Positions 25,230 through 38,076 of a stretch of 64,000 bases of DNA are shown in pieces. This DNA comes from Malacoraja senta (Eukaryota): assembly GCA_038087875.1 (NCBI GenBank), contig CM075977.1:54808001-54872000 (forward strand), given 5' to 3'. The first letter of the stretch is position 1; the number at the start of each line of letters is the position of its first letter. Both the position numbers and the translations under genes were made by a program. The notes beneath the pieces are model-generated. The model did no database searches. It was not told the DNA's origin and saw only the letters and a list, made by a program, of their open reading frames with translations.

Positions 25230-25432
25230 AGACACAAAATGCTGGAGTGACTCAGCGGGACAGGCAGCATCTCTGGAGAGAAGAAATGGGTGATGTTTCG
25301 GTTCAAGACCCTTCTTCAGACTCTCCTCAACGTCACCCATTTCTTCTCTCCAGAGATGCTGCCTGTCCCGCTGAGTTACTCCAGTATTTTGTGTCTATAT
25401 TCGGTGTAAACCAGCATCTGCAGTTCCTTCCG
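25230..25432. mobile_element. Penelope-like palindromic element in the PPP4R1 promoter; hammerhead-like core on the minus strand at 25292-25319
   Basis: ~65-bp inverted arms; minus-strand CTGAAGA AGGGTCTTGAACC GAAA CATC. Confidence 0.65.
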
Positions 25433-25874
25433 AAGCATATCAACGCTGACAGATTTGATGTGACTATTTGATATTTTCCTTGTGTTTTATTACTGTTTGT
25501 TATTTGTCATTTCAATTAATCATCAGAATCAGAAAATCTAAAGAAGCTTTGCGGAGTAGCAACATTAAGTACATAGCAGTGACCGTGAGATCCTTGTTGT
25601 ATATTTTTGCTGGCTGTCATCCATCTGTGATTTTAGCTCAGTTTTTCTCTCTCAGATCGTACAGCCTGACCTAATAGACAGGTCCCACAGCCATGCTACT
25701 TACAACACACCCTGCACAACCCTAACCATAATTCTACCTCAGCACCAAATTACCATGGATTTGCATTACAAAGTGTATTTTGACTTGCATTATCACAGTC
25801 CGGCTTACCTATCATAAATAATAATTTATGGTATATTTATTTGTCATATTTTGCATTTAACATGCCTCTAAAGG

Positions 25875-26198
25875 TTTAGCTCAGTTTAGAGATATAGCAT
25901 GGAAACAGGCCCTTCAGCCAACTAAGTCTGTGGTACACTAGTTCTTTCCTGCACCATAGAGACAATTTACATAAGTCAATTAACCTACAAACTCGCACGT
26001 CTTTGGAATATGGCAGGAAACCAGGGTACCAATTTCCCTCCTGGGATAAATAAAGTTCTATCGTATCATATCCAGAGAAAACCCATGCAGTCACAGGCAG
26101 AATGTACAAACTCTGCCCAGACAGCTCCTGCCGTTGGAATTGAACCCGGGTCTCTAGCACTATGAGGCAGCAACTCTGCCGCTGCGCCACTGTGCCAC
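25875..26198 (-). mobile_element. HE1/V-SINE-type tRNA-derived SINE
   Basis: Minus strand ggcacagtggcgcagcggcagagttgctgcctc...gacccgggttcaattcc head and tttgtaggttaattg core; contains a short Rex1-tail insert at ~26028-26070. Confidence 0.82.
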
Positions 26199-26596
26199 TC
26201 TAACTGCAGCAAGAATGATATTGTTCCAGTGCATATGACAAATAATTGTTATTGACATAATCCTCTGAATTATTGAGGTATAGAAAGAAAGCACTGAGAC
26301 CAACAAATGGAACAGGAGCAGGCCATATGGCTCATTGAGCCCACTTCCCCATTCAAAATGATCAGAGCCAGTATACGCACAGTGGGGGAAAAGATCTGTT
26401 TCTGTGTTGTATGACACTGTGGCCTTCTATCTAGCTTGATCTTGTAACCTGCAGTACAGTAAACGGAACAGTGGCAATGTGAGTAGACGCTTTTGTTTCT
26501 GTTTCTGTTTTACTTTTTTCAAACTTTTTCTCTTGAATGTTATATCGAAACATTAACCTATTTTGCTTTTAACAGATAATATTTTGACATTCTCTT

Positions 26597-26791
26597 CTCA
26601 GCAATATCCCTGTAATTTATGCATATGAGCCTTGTTCATTCTCACACATGCTCAGTAAATCAGTCAGTGACCTTTGACTTGGAAATAAATCATTCCTGTT
26701 TTAGACTCCAACATGAGTGTGTGTGCAGTCATCTTTCTCTGTACATTATGTACTAGTTTACTTATTTTATAAGCAGACAGATATCAAAACA
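26597..26791 (+). repeat. 5' LTR (terminal TG eroded)
   Basis: Direct repeat of 31391-31587, ending tatcaaaaca. Confidence 0.9.
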
Positions 26792-26805
26792 TGGTGGCAG
26801 CGGTG
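26792..26805 (+). promoter_or_regulatory. Primer-binding site, likely tRNA-Leu
   Basis: TGGTGGCAGCGGTG immediately after the 5' LTR, complementary to the vertebrate tRNA-Leu 3' end (...CACCGCUGCCACCA). Confidence 0.8.
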
Positions 26806-27065
26806 AAAGTGAACATTTGTGAATCAAATAGACACTATGATGATTAGAAAAAATGCTTTGAAAAGCTTTCAGGAATCAATGTTTTAACGCTCAGCGACCG
26901 GACTAGCTGCATGCATGAATGAATGCACGTCAGTGAACACACAAAGATAAGACGCTGCGTGTAAATCAGCGCTGTGGGAGTCGAAGTTTAAATCAACGTG
27001 CTGTGAGAGTCTGCTTAAAGATAAAATAAGCTAGTAAGAGCGAGGGAATACGCTGATATTTAAAA

Positions 27066-30000
27066 ATGGCGCAGACTAGTCCATCTTTCCACATGGCTCC
27101 ACCACCTGATCTAAAGCTCAAAGAGAACAGGGTGGAAGAGTGGAAAATGTTTAAACAAATGTATGAAAATTATGCAGTGATAACAGAACTGGAGAAGAAG
27201 GAGAAACAGTATCAAAAAGCAGTATTCCTGCATACTGTTGGACCGGAGGGCGTGCGAATCTACAATACCCTGACGTTCGAGACGGTAGCAGATGAGACAG
27301 ATGTGAAAGTCATCATCGACAAGATGTCTACCATCATCATAGGAGAGACGAATGAAACCTATGAAAGATTCGTTTTCAATAAACGAGACCAGAAATCAGG
27401 GGAAAGCATTGAATCGTATGTTGCAGAGCTGAAGGAGCTTGCTAAAACATGCATCTTCTGTTAGTGCCTGAGAGAAAGCCTCTTTCGAGATCGCATCGTC
27501 ATTGGTATTGCAGACCGGTCAACTAGGAAGACAGTCCTTCAAAAGAGGAATCTGACACTGCAGGGGACTGTGGACATATGTAGATCCTCGGAGGTAACAG
27601 CGGCAAGAATGCAGGTCATCGGCGTAGAGCCGACAATACACAAGGTGGAACGATTCAAACCAAGGGAAAAGATGGTTGATTTTCCTTCGCAGAGGAAGAA
27701 TCAGGGATTAGTAAAGTGCAAGTTCTGTGCAAGGATGCACAAGCGTACGAAGGAGGAATGCCCAGCGTATGGGAAGGACTGCAACAGATGCGGACGACAA
27801 AACCACTTCGCCTGCTGCTGCAAGCAGAGGAAGGAGAGCATGCAGAAACGGGGTCTGCACAAAGTCGTAGAGACATCTGACACAACGTCCATTTCCAACA
27901 CGTAGTCTGTGAGTTGCATTGAGATCAATGCAGCCGGAAACAATTCCTCTTCAGGCCTATTCGCTGAGATGCAGGTCGGCACAGCAGCCATCAAGTTTCA
28001 GATTGACTCGGGTGCCAGTGTTAATGTGATTCCCAAACATCTTGTACCCAACAAAGAGGACATTAGACGAGAGAAAATCACCTTAAAGATGTACAACGGA
28101 TCCAACCTGCTGACAGAAGGTAGGGTGAAAGTCGTACTCTGGAACGAGACAAACAACAAGAAGTACCGTGTTCACTGCATAGTGGTAGAGGAAGGCTGGC
28201 TCACACCGCTCCTGAACGGCAAAGCTGCACAACGGATGAAACTCATTATGGTTCACTACGAGAACTTCAAGAGCCTGAATGCTGTTAGCGAGGCTGGCTC
28301 ATTACTCTAGAAATACAAAGATGTCTTTGACGACGAAAGGGACTGCGTGGCAAGGTCAAGTTGGTAAATAGGACGGAGGATGTGACCCCATCACAATATT
28401 CTGCAAAGCCGGTACCTGTAGCTATGAAAGAGAAGGTCATGAATGGTCTCATGAAGCTGGTCGAGCAGGACATCTTGACTAAAGTCGAAGAACCAACTAA
28501 ATGGTGTAGCAGGCTGGTCGTTACGGAGAAAAAGGACAGCACAGAGTTGAAGTTCTGCATAGATCCTAGACCCCTCAACAAAGTCCTGAAAAGGGAGATC
28601 CACAGACTACCAGTCATAGAGGACGTTCTCCCTCAGCTGTCCAAGGCGAAGATTTTCTCCAAATTCGATCTGAAGTCAGGATATCTCCACTGCGAACTAG
28701 ATGAGGAGAGCAGTTTCCTAACAACCATGAACACCCCTTTTGGGAGATATTGCTGGAAGAGGTTACCATTTGGACTGAAAGTAAGTGCAGAGATCTTCCA
28801 GAAGAAACTGCAACAAGCCCTAGAAGGATTAAAGGGAGTGGAATGTGTTGCATAGAATAGATGACATCATCCTATTCGGAGTAGGGGACACCAGAGAAGA
28901 TGCAGAAAGAAATCACGATGCAAGACTGCAAGATCTTCAGCGATGCTGAGACAGAGGCATCAAGCTGAACCGGAAGAAGTCAGTAGTGAAAACTACGCGT
29001 ATCACATTTCTAGAACATATAATTACAGATTGTGGCCTGAAACCGGATCCAAAGAAGATCCAAGTTATCCTAGAGATGCCCAACCCTACCAATCCAACAG
29101 AAATCCAAAGATTACAAGGCAGTGTAATCTACTTGGCAAGATTCTTGCCAATGTTGTTGGACACATTCGAGCCTTTGAGGAGATTGACCCACAAAGAATT
29201 AGAGTGGGAATGGTCAGCAGAACATGACATGGCAATGTCAAAGATCAAGGAGCTGTTGACAACGGCACCTATCCTGGCATACTACACATCCGACGAACAG
29301 CTGACCATACAATGTGATGCAAGCAAGGCAGGTTTAGGTGCAACACTTATGCAGAAGGGACAACCACTGTCCTATTTGAGTCGAGCATTGACGCCAACCG
29401 AGCAGAGATATGCTCAGATTGAAAAGGAGGCACTAGCAATAGTGTTTGCCCTCGAGCGCTTCCATCAGTACACCTACGGACAGAGAGTGATCGTTGAGAG
29501 TGACCACAAGCCATTGGAGGTCATCGTCAAAAAGCCTCTGCATAGAGCACCAAGACGTCTCCAGGGCATGATGATGATGCTACACTACGACATCAAGATC
29601 AAGTGGGTAAAGGGAAAAGACATGCATATAGCAGATATGCTTTCCCGAGCATACCTCCCTGACACCACAGGATCAACTAGATTCACTGATGTCAACGTAG
29701 TTGAGTCCTTGAGCATGGGAGAGGACAAGGTCAAACGCATCCAAACCCACACCAGGGAAGACGAAACACTACAAACAGTTAAGAGAATAATCCAAAATGG
29801 ATGGCCAGATCACAAGGTAGAAGTTCCAGAGGCAGCACAACCGTACTTCAACGTCAGAGACGAGTTGAATATGCAAGACGGCCTAGTATTCAGAGGAGAG
29901 AGAATTGTAATCCCTGTCACTCTATGCAGAGATATGAAGGAGACCCTCCACACCTCTCACCTGGGAGTGGAAGGAACCCTCAGACATGTTAGAGAATACA

Positions 30001-31155
30001 TTTTCTGGCCCGGAATGAACTCTGATGTGAAACAGTTCATTTCAAACTGTGAAACCTGCAGGACATACAAACAACAGAATCAGAAAGAAACTCTGATGCC
30101 CCAAGACCTCCCAGATCGACCATGGGAGAAAGTGGGAACCAATATGTTGGAACTTGAGGGAAAGCACTATTTAATCACAGTGGACTACCTATCTAATTTC
30201 TGGGAGATAGACAGGCTGTACGACCTGAACAGCAGGACAATCATTGTGAAAGTCAAGAGCCACTTTGCAAGATACGGAATTCCCAGCAATGTGGTAAGCG
30301 ACAACGGGACACAGTTCTCATCAGAGGAGTTCGCCAAATTTGCTAGAAAATGGGCATTTGACCACTACACAATTTCACCAAGACGTAGCCAAGCTAACGG
30401 TAAGGTGGAATCGGCAGTCAAGGCAGCTACGTGAGTGCTGAAGAAAACCAATTACTCCAAGACAGATGTTTACTTGGCAATACTGGAATTACGCAATACC
30501 CCGGCGCAAGGAGTGAACAGTAGTCCTGCACAAAGACTACATGGAAGAACAAGGACGACACTTCCAACGACATCTAACCTCCTCGAACCATGCGATGCTG
30601 AGATACTCAGAAGAGATGAAAAAGATGAAGGATTTGCAAGGAAAACAGTCAAAAATCTACAACCGACATGCCAAGGATCTGCCAATTCTGGAAGAAGGTG
30701 ATGTCGTAAGACTCAAACCCTACAAACTAGATGGCAGATGGCAGAGAGCAACAGTTCAGAGATGACTGGATGAGAGATCATACAAAGTCGAGACAGAGTC
30801 AGGACTTCTAATCCGACTTAACCGAGTGGATCTGAAGAAGACCGGGGAACTACCTCCACACATAACTCCAGAGAAACCACCAGACGTGGAGAAGACTGGG
30901 ACACCTTTGCAACCTCAGCTGACATGGAAAAGACCAACACAACATGCATCACCAGAAAAAGAGGCAACTCGTGAAACTCTTAACACAGAGAAATCAAAAC
31001 AAAAACAAAGTGATACAAGAGAAGAAACTAGAAGTGATACACATAATGTACCTACTGAAAAGAAAGACATTTCTGAAAGAAACACCATCACAAAGACTAG
31101 GGCCGGTAGAGCTGTCAGCCCGCCTGAAAGGTACGGCGAGTATGTCACAAAGTAA
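27066..31155 (+). pseudogene. Gypsy gag-pol, disrupted
   Basis: ORF pieces 27066-27464, 27570-27905, 27909-28310, 28361-28855, 28986-30434 and 30435-31155, separated by stops and frameshifts. Confidence 0.92.
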
Positions 31156-31390
31156 TGTGTTTTGCTGTGATGGACCTACCTGCTTATGAGAAGAAAGCAT
31201 GTGAACATTAGTTTGTGTTATTGAAATGTCACAAGTGTTACTATGATTGAAATTGTGAAATAAGACAGAACAGTTGTTTTACTCTGTTAAGTTAAACCAT
31301 ATTACTACGGTGTAATATTATGAAGTGTTTAAGTTTACTTTGGTTTGGGATCGTCGGAAATATAATCCCAAAATGTCAAAAAGGGAAGGA

Positions 31391-31587
31391 TGTGACAATA
31401 TCCATGTAATTTATGCATATGAGCTGTGCTCATTCTCGCACATGCTCAGTAAATCAGTCAGTGACCTTTGACTTGGAAATAAATAATTCCGGTTTTAGAC
31501 TCCAACATGAGTGTGTGTGTGTAGCCATCTTTCTCTGTACATTATGTATTAGTTTACTTATTTTATAAGCAGACAGATATCAAAACA
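31391..31587 (+). repeat. 3' LTR (TG...CA)
   Basis: Preceded by the PPT; direct repeat of the 5' LTR. Confidence 0.92.
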
Positions 31588-31699
31588 AAAATTATTTTAA
31601 ATTCTTTGTTCCACTGACCTAATGTGAAATAATTTTTAGCCTGTGTTGAGAAAGATCTGGGTGTCCTTGGGCAACGAACACAGGACATCAACAAAAAAA

Positions 31700-31900
31700 T
31701 ACATAAAATGCTGGAGTAACTGCGGGTCAGGCAGCACCCCTGGAGAACAATGAATAGGTGATATTTCGGGTTGGGACCCTTCTTCAGACCTGAAACGTCA
31801 CCTATCCATTGTTCTCCAGGGATGCTACGTGACCTGCCGAGTTACTCCAGCACTTTGTATCTTTTTTGTAAACCAGCTTCTGCATTTCCTTGTTTTTACG
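31700..31900. mobile_element. Penelope-like palindromic element; hammerhead-like core on the minus strand at 31760-31787
   Basis: Inverted arms; minus-strand CTGAAGA AGGGTCCCAACCC GAAA TATC. Confidence 0.65.
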
Positions 31901-32189
31901 GGAAGTTTGCATGCAGGTAATTAGAAAAACAAATAGAATGTTGTCCTTTATTGCCAAGGAGATGGAGAACAAAGGCAAGGCAGTCTTGCTGTCATTGCAC
32001 AGTGTATTGGTGAGATCGCACTTATAATAATACGTACAATTTTGGTTTCCTTAATTGAGGAACCTTACACTTGTCCTGAATACCAAGTAGAGAAGGTTCA
32101 CCAAATGGAAGGACCAACAATGTAAACCCAAGCAGATTGTGGCACCACTGAGAATGAGGGAAGATTGTATTGAGAGATACATCTTCAGA

Positions 32190-35100
32190 GAGTGTAGCTG
32201 CTGCTGGCGCTGATGATGGCTGCCACGGTGTATGCTCCTTGCTGTTTTGTATGTGTTTGTTCGTTTGTGTCTTCTGTGAAAACCCTACAAAGATTACTTT
32301 CACGAGAGAGGTACTCATAAACATCAGACATACGGTACCTCCAAACATCGTTCCGGATTTCTCTCACTCGCTGGATTATTTGGACATACTCATCGGCGGG
32401 GCTGTGGCTGCGTTCAAGGTCTTGAGACGGAGGAGGACCCGTGGGAAGCGCTCTGCAGCACTCGCCCAACTCCGGCGACGAGGATCACGCACACCACTCC
32501 CAAGCATATACCTGGCAAACGTACGTTCTCTCGAAAACAAAGTGGACGAACTGCAACTCCTGCGCCGGACAAACAAGGACTTCTCTCAAGCCGCTGCCCT
32601 GTGTTTCACCGAGACCTGGCTTTATGAGTCGACCCCGGACAGCGTGCTGCAACTGGCTAGCTTCCAACTTCAGAGAGCAGACCGCGAAGTGGAGTCAGCG
32701 GGGAAATCAAGAGGCGGTGGAATATGCTTCTATACCAACCAGGACTGGTGCAGCGACATAGATAGATAGATAGATAGATAAACATTTATTGTCACATACA
32801 CCAATTGGTGCAGTGAAATTTGACTTGCCAATGCAGCACACAAATAAAGATAACATCCAAGAATTTAACAACATAAAAACATCCCCCCCACAATGGTTCC
32901 CACTGTGGGGGAAGGCAGCAAAGTCCAGTCCCATCCCCAGTTCACCCATAGTCGGGGCCTATTGAGGCCTCTGCAGTCGCCGCCATTGCAGCACGATGCC
33001 TCAGGCCCTCTCGCCGGATGATGGAATTCTGGCGTCGGGTGAACACTCTCAGCGGCCCAGAGTGTCTGGAGCGGCCGCTCCCTCCCAGTAGACCACGGCT
33101 CCCGAAGTCCACGAGCCGCGAGCCGCGCCGGTCGATGCTCCGACTCTGGCGACCTCGCCGTCAGATCCCAGGCTCCGCGGTGTTTAGAGCTCAGCGCCGC
33201 CCGCGGCTGGAAGCTCCACTGACCGCAGACCGCTGACCGCAGCTCCGCGATGTTGGTGCCGGCGGTCACAGCACTCCGGAGCCTGCTGCACGGCGACCCG
33301 GGTTAGGCATCGCCCGCTCCGCGATGGTACTTCAGCGCTGTGCCGCCGCCGAAGCTGAAGTCCTGGCCGGTCCCGGCAGGAAAACGCCACTCCAGTCTAC
33401 CCGTAGGCCGCGAGGAAGGGGCGAAGATACGGCTCGGAGAAAAGCCGCATCTCCGACCAGGTAGGGACTGCGAAAATAGTTTCCCCCTTTCCCCCCCCCA
33501 ACCCCCCACATAAAAAGACTAAAGACCTCCAAAAACAAACACTTTTAACTAACTAAAAATAAAAAAAGGGTGAAAAAACTAACAGCTGCTGGCAGGGCAG
33601 CCATACTCGACGGCGCCCCAGGTGGTACTGTCAAATCACGGTACTGTCAAATTTCTGCTCTCCCAACCTAGAATCCCCTTTATAAACTGCAAACCATTCT
33701 ACTCTCTGAGGGAATATAACTCCTTTATTCTCGCTGGAGTTTACATCCCCCCCCATGCCTGCGTACGTGAGGCACAAACGCAACTCGCTGACCAAGTAAT
33801 AAGGGTAGAGAGTGACTTCCCGCACTCCATCGTCATTGTTTTGGGGGACTTTAACAAAGCTAACCTCAGCCGTGACCTTCCAAAGTACAGTCTTCAGGTT
33901 ACCTGCCCCACCAGAGGGGAGAGAACACTTGACCACTGTTACAGATCAATCAAGAACGCATATCCCCGGGCGGGTCTAGGTGTCTCTGATCATTGTATAG
34001 TTCACCTTATTCCGACCTACAGGCAGAAACTAAAACCTGCGAAGCCTGTGGTCAGAACAACGAAAAGGTGGACAAGCGAGGGCATTGAGAACCTACAATC
34101 CTGCTTTGACTGCACGGATTGGAATGTGTTCAGGGAAGCAACCACAAGCCACGATGAGTATACAGACACTGTATCATCACATGTCAGCTGTTGTGAGGAC
34201 AGTTGCATTCAACAACAACAAGCCCTGGTTTACTGCAGAACTCAGACAGCTCCAACAGTCTAAAGAGGAGGCCTACAGGAGCGGGGATGCAGACCTCTAC
34301 AGGCAGGCTAAGTACAAGCTGAGAAGAGGAATCAGAGCTGCCAAGTAAAGGTACTCTGAGAAGTTGAGGAGCAAGTTCTCAGCTAGTTACTCTTCTTCAG
34401 TTTGGAAGGGCTTGCAAGAAATCACCAGCTACAAGAGGAAAGCCCCCAGCTCTTTGGACAATCGTCAGCTGACCAACGACCTGAATGAGTTCTACTGCAG
34501 GTTTGACAAGCAGAAACGTAACCCTGGTGCCCCCTCCCCCCCCTCCCCAACAAACACAGCCATACCCCAGTCTGCAAAGAATGGACCCTTCTGCACAAAC
34601 TCCTCCCCACTCACCACTTTACACCTACTTAAAGCAAGACTCCAGTCTGAAAAGACTGGACCCTTTACCACCCTAAGTGCCAGAGCTACTACACTCCAAA
34701 CGTTCCGGGTTGACTGTGCCTGAACCCCTCTGTCAGTGGATCACCAGCTTCCTGACAGACAGGAAACAGCATGTGAGGCTGGGAAAGCACATCTCGGACC
34801 CGCAAACCCTCAGCATAGGAGCACCGCAAGGCTGCGTACTCTATCCTCTCCTCTACTCTCTCTACACCAATGACTGCATCTCCACAGACACCTCTGTCAA
34901 GCTTCTCAAGTTTGCGGACGACACAACCCTGATTGGACTGATCCAGGATGGGGAGGAATCTGCCTGCAGACAGGAAGTGTCACAGCTGGCATCCTGGTGC
35001 CATCGCAACAACCTGGAGCTCAATGCTCTTAAGACAGTGGAATTGATTGTAGACTTTAGGAGAGCTCCCCCTCCCCTCGCCCCACTCACCATCAACAACA

Positions 35101-35771
35101 CCACAGTCACATCTGTGGAGTCTTTTAAGTTCCTGGGAACCATCATCTCCAAGGACCTTAAGTGGGGGGCTACCATCGACTCCACAGTCAAAAAGGCACA
35201 ACAGAGGATGTACTTCCTACGGCAGCTGAGGAAGCACAATCTACCACAGACAATGATGGTTCAATTCTATACGGCCATCGTAGAATCTGTCCTCACCTTC
35301 TCCATCATGGTTTGGGTTGGCTCAGCCACCAAGCACGACACCCGGAGGCTGCAGCGAATCGTCCGATCAGCTGAGGTTATTGGCTGCAATCTTCCCTCCA
35401 TTGACGAACTGTACAATGCAAGGGCCAGGAAGCGAGCGGGTAAGATCATCTCTGACCCCACTCACCCTGGCCACAAACTCTTTGAATCACATCCCTCTGG
35501 AAGGTGACTGTCAAAGCTGCCACAGCCAGACATAAAAATAGCTTTTTTCCACGAGTAGCTCTGCTCAATAACCAAAAATCTGTAGCCTCCTTTTGCTCTG
35601 GTATTTTATTTAATTCACATGTTTAATCAAAAATGTTTTATTATTAATTTTTTATGTATCATTCTTAACTGTCACTGTATGTCATGTTGTCACTTGCGGG
35701 CGGAGCACCAAGGCAAATTCTTTGTATGTGAATACTTGGCCAATAAACTTATTCATTCATTCATTCATTCA
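32190..35771 (+). mobile_element. Rex1/Babar (L2-group) LINE, internally deleted and interrupted
   Basis: APE motifs LANVRSLENK, FTETWL, GDFN and SDH; RT motifs GAPQGCVL and KFADDTT; tail aataaactt(attc)n. Confidence 0.88.
32758..33619 (-). mobile_element. Non-coding non-autonomous Rex1/L2-tailed retroelement nested in the Rex1 endonuclease
   Basis: Splits the host reading frame (DWCSD / VVLSNH); minus-strand tail tttcactgcacc...gtgacaataaa(tcta)n; GC-rich non-coding body. Confidence 0.7.
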
Positions 35772-36244
35772 CATACATGAGGGAGTTGACAGATTAAATG
35801 CTGTGAGAATCATTCCCTGGTGGGGAAATGGGGGAAACATTGTAATGAGACATCCAGTTAAATTTGAGTTGAGGAGAAATTTATTCTCTCAAAAGGCTGT
35901 AAATCTTCGGAATTCTCTATGTAGTTGTGGAGGCTGAGTAATAAAGGTCTAAAAATGCTGTTCAAAATAATAATTAGTTGACTACTAATGCTCTTCAGGG
36001 AAGGAAAACTGTTGCCCTTTCCCCATTTGTCTGAAATGTGCCTCCCATGAATGAATAAATAAATTAACACATTCAAGCCTGACAGATATATTTCAAGATT
36101 GCAAGAGAATCAAAATCAAAAGGATAAGGCAGGAAGGTGATCAACCATAATATTTTGAATAGTGAACAGAGGCTCAGGAGTTCAAAGGTTTACTCCCTAT
36201 AGCTCACACCGTCTAGCCCTGGCATCATCCTTGTAAATCTTCTC

Positions 36245-36590
36245 AAGTCAAGTCAAGTCAAGTGAGTTTATTGTCATGTGTCCCTGGTAGGACAATGAAA
36301 TTCTTGCTTTGCTTGAGCACAACAGAACATAGTAGGCATTTACTACAAGGCATTCTATAAATATATACACAATGGTCAATATACTGATAAAGTGCAAATA
36401 ACAGTATTGGCTAGTAAAGTTCAGTGTTATGTCCGAGCCAGGTTTAATAGCCTGATGGCTGTGGGGAAGTAGCTGTTCCTGAACCTGGTCGTTGCAGTCT
36501 TCAGGCTCCTGTACCTTCTACCTGAAGGTAGTAGGGAGATGAGTGTGTGGCCAGGATGGTGTGGGTCCTTGATGATGCTGCCAGCCCTCT
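36245..36590 (-). mobile_element. Rex1-like 3' fragment with (cttga)n tail inserted in a CR1 remnant
   Basis: Near-identical to 53694-54097; flanked by CR1 sequence gtaaatcttct / ctctaccctttccagc. Confidence 0.75.
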
Positions 36591-36734
36591 ACCCTTTCCA
36601 GCTTGATAACATATTATCTTATTCCCTACATCCTTTTCCTTAGATATAGGAAACAGTGGCAATGGCCGTTTGTGAAAACCTTGAAATTGTGGCTCTGGGG
36701 GCATTATGGTCTCATCCAGATCTTTACTTCAACA

Positions 36735-36915
36735 TGGTGGCACAGCTGGTAGTGCTGAAGCTTCACAGCTCCCAAAGACCCGGTTCCATCCTAACCTTGA
36801 GTGGACTTTGTGCATTCTTTCTGTCATTGCGTGGGTTTTTGCTGGACGCTCCTTTCCCCGCCTTATCCCAAAGACGTGCTGGCGGCTCTTGTAAAGTACC
36901 AGTTAGTGTAGGTGA
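36735..36915 (+). mobile_element. Degenerate HE1-type SINE
   Basis: ggtggcacagctggtagtgctg...gacccggttccatcc head. Confidence 0.6.
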
Positions 36916-38076
36916 ACATAAAAGACTCAAAAAGGTGGATTAATGCATATAATGTGTGTATTTGTGTGAGTATGTGGGTGGGAGAGAGCGAGAAAGAGAA
37001 AAAGAGAGATTGTTATGAGGGAACATGGAGATAGGTAGAGGGGAAATGGTGGTTGATTGTTACCCTGCACCAGAATGGGCCAATGAGATCTGTGTTGGAA
37101 GCAGCAAGGAAAGTATGGAAGCGTGGAAACATACGATAGTGGCGTTTAAGAGGCTTTTGAATAGGCACATGGTCCTTGCAGTTTATTCCTACTGCCTGAA
37201 TAGATTGATTCATGCCCAAGCATCATAATTCTGGTATTTTGCATGCATGAGATCAGATTAGTTATGGAATATTTAGTCTGGGCAGTATTGCAACCAAACC
37301 TAACCCCTCCTGAGGCAAATATACATGGCCTTTTTAGTAAAGATTTTGCTTAATGATACAAAGAGACCAAAAATAGACATTAAAGTAGACCAGAAAAGTA
37401 TGATGAGTGATAATACATAATTACGGAATAGTTTGTCAGTTTAGTAGAGGCATTTTCTTTTTAACTAAACTGACACGGCAGTTGGTGTGTTGAAAATATT
37501 AGTGGGAAAGTTAAAGCCAAAAGGAGTCAGGGGCTAAAATATGAGCATATTTCTGCTCTCTACAGACAAAGTGCTAGAGGAACTCAGCGGGTCAGGCAGC
37601 ACCTGTAGAAGGTATGGCAGATGACGTTTCGTGGTCGGTACCCTTCTTCCAACCAGAAACATCCTCTCTTCATTTCCTTCCATAGACGCTGCCTGACCCG
37701 TTGAGTTCCTCCAGCAATTAGTTTTCTGCTCAAGATTCCAGCATCTATAATTCCTTATATCTCCACTCTATACAGATTCTGAAATGCCCCATGATTTATG
37801 TTCATGATCCATTGCACTTTACTCATAGTCATAGAGTGATGCAGTGTGGAAACAGGTCCTCCTGCGAGCATTTGGTCCATATCCCTCCAAACCTGTCCTA
37901 TCCATGTACCTGTCTAACTGTTTCTTAAATGTTGGGATAGTCCCAGCCTCAACTACCTCCTCTGGCAGCTTGTTCCATACACCCACCACCCTTTGTGTGA
38001 AAAAGTTACCCCTCAGATTCCTATTAAATATTTTCCCCTTCACCTTAAACCTATGTCTTCTGGTCCTCGATTCACC

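Larger units (their letters stand above)
26597..31587 (+). mobile_element. Full-length but inactivated Ty3/Gypsy LTR retrotransposon
   Basis: LTRs 26597-26791 and 31391-31587; PBS; PPT aaaagggaagga; gag zinc knuckles (CNRCGRQNHFACCC); protease IDSGAS; RT PFGL...DD; RNase H CDAS; integrase HHCC and SDNGTQF in Gypsy order; stops and frameshifts present. Confidence 0.95.

Noticed and set aside
26120-26198. tRNA gene
   Set aside because: A/B-box-like head continues into SINE core and tail with no cloverleaf acceptor stem; it is a SINE head (same at 8100-8170 and 36735).
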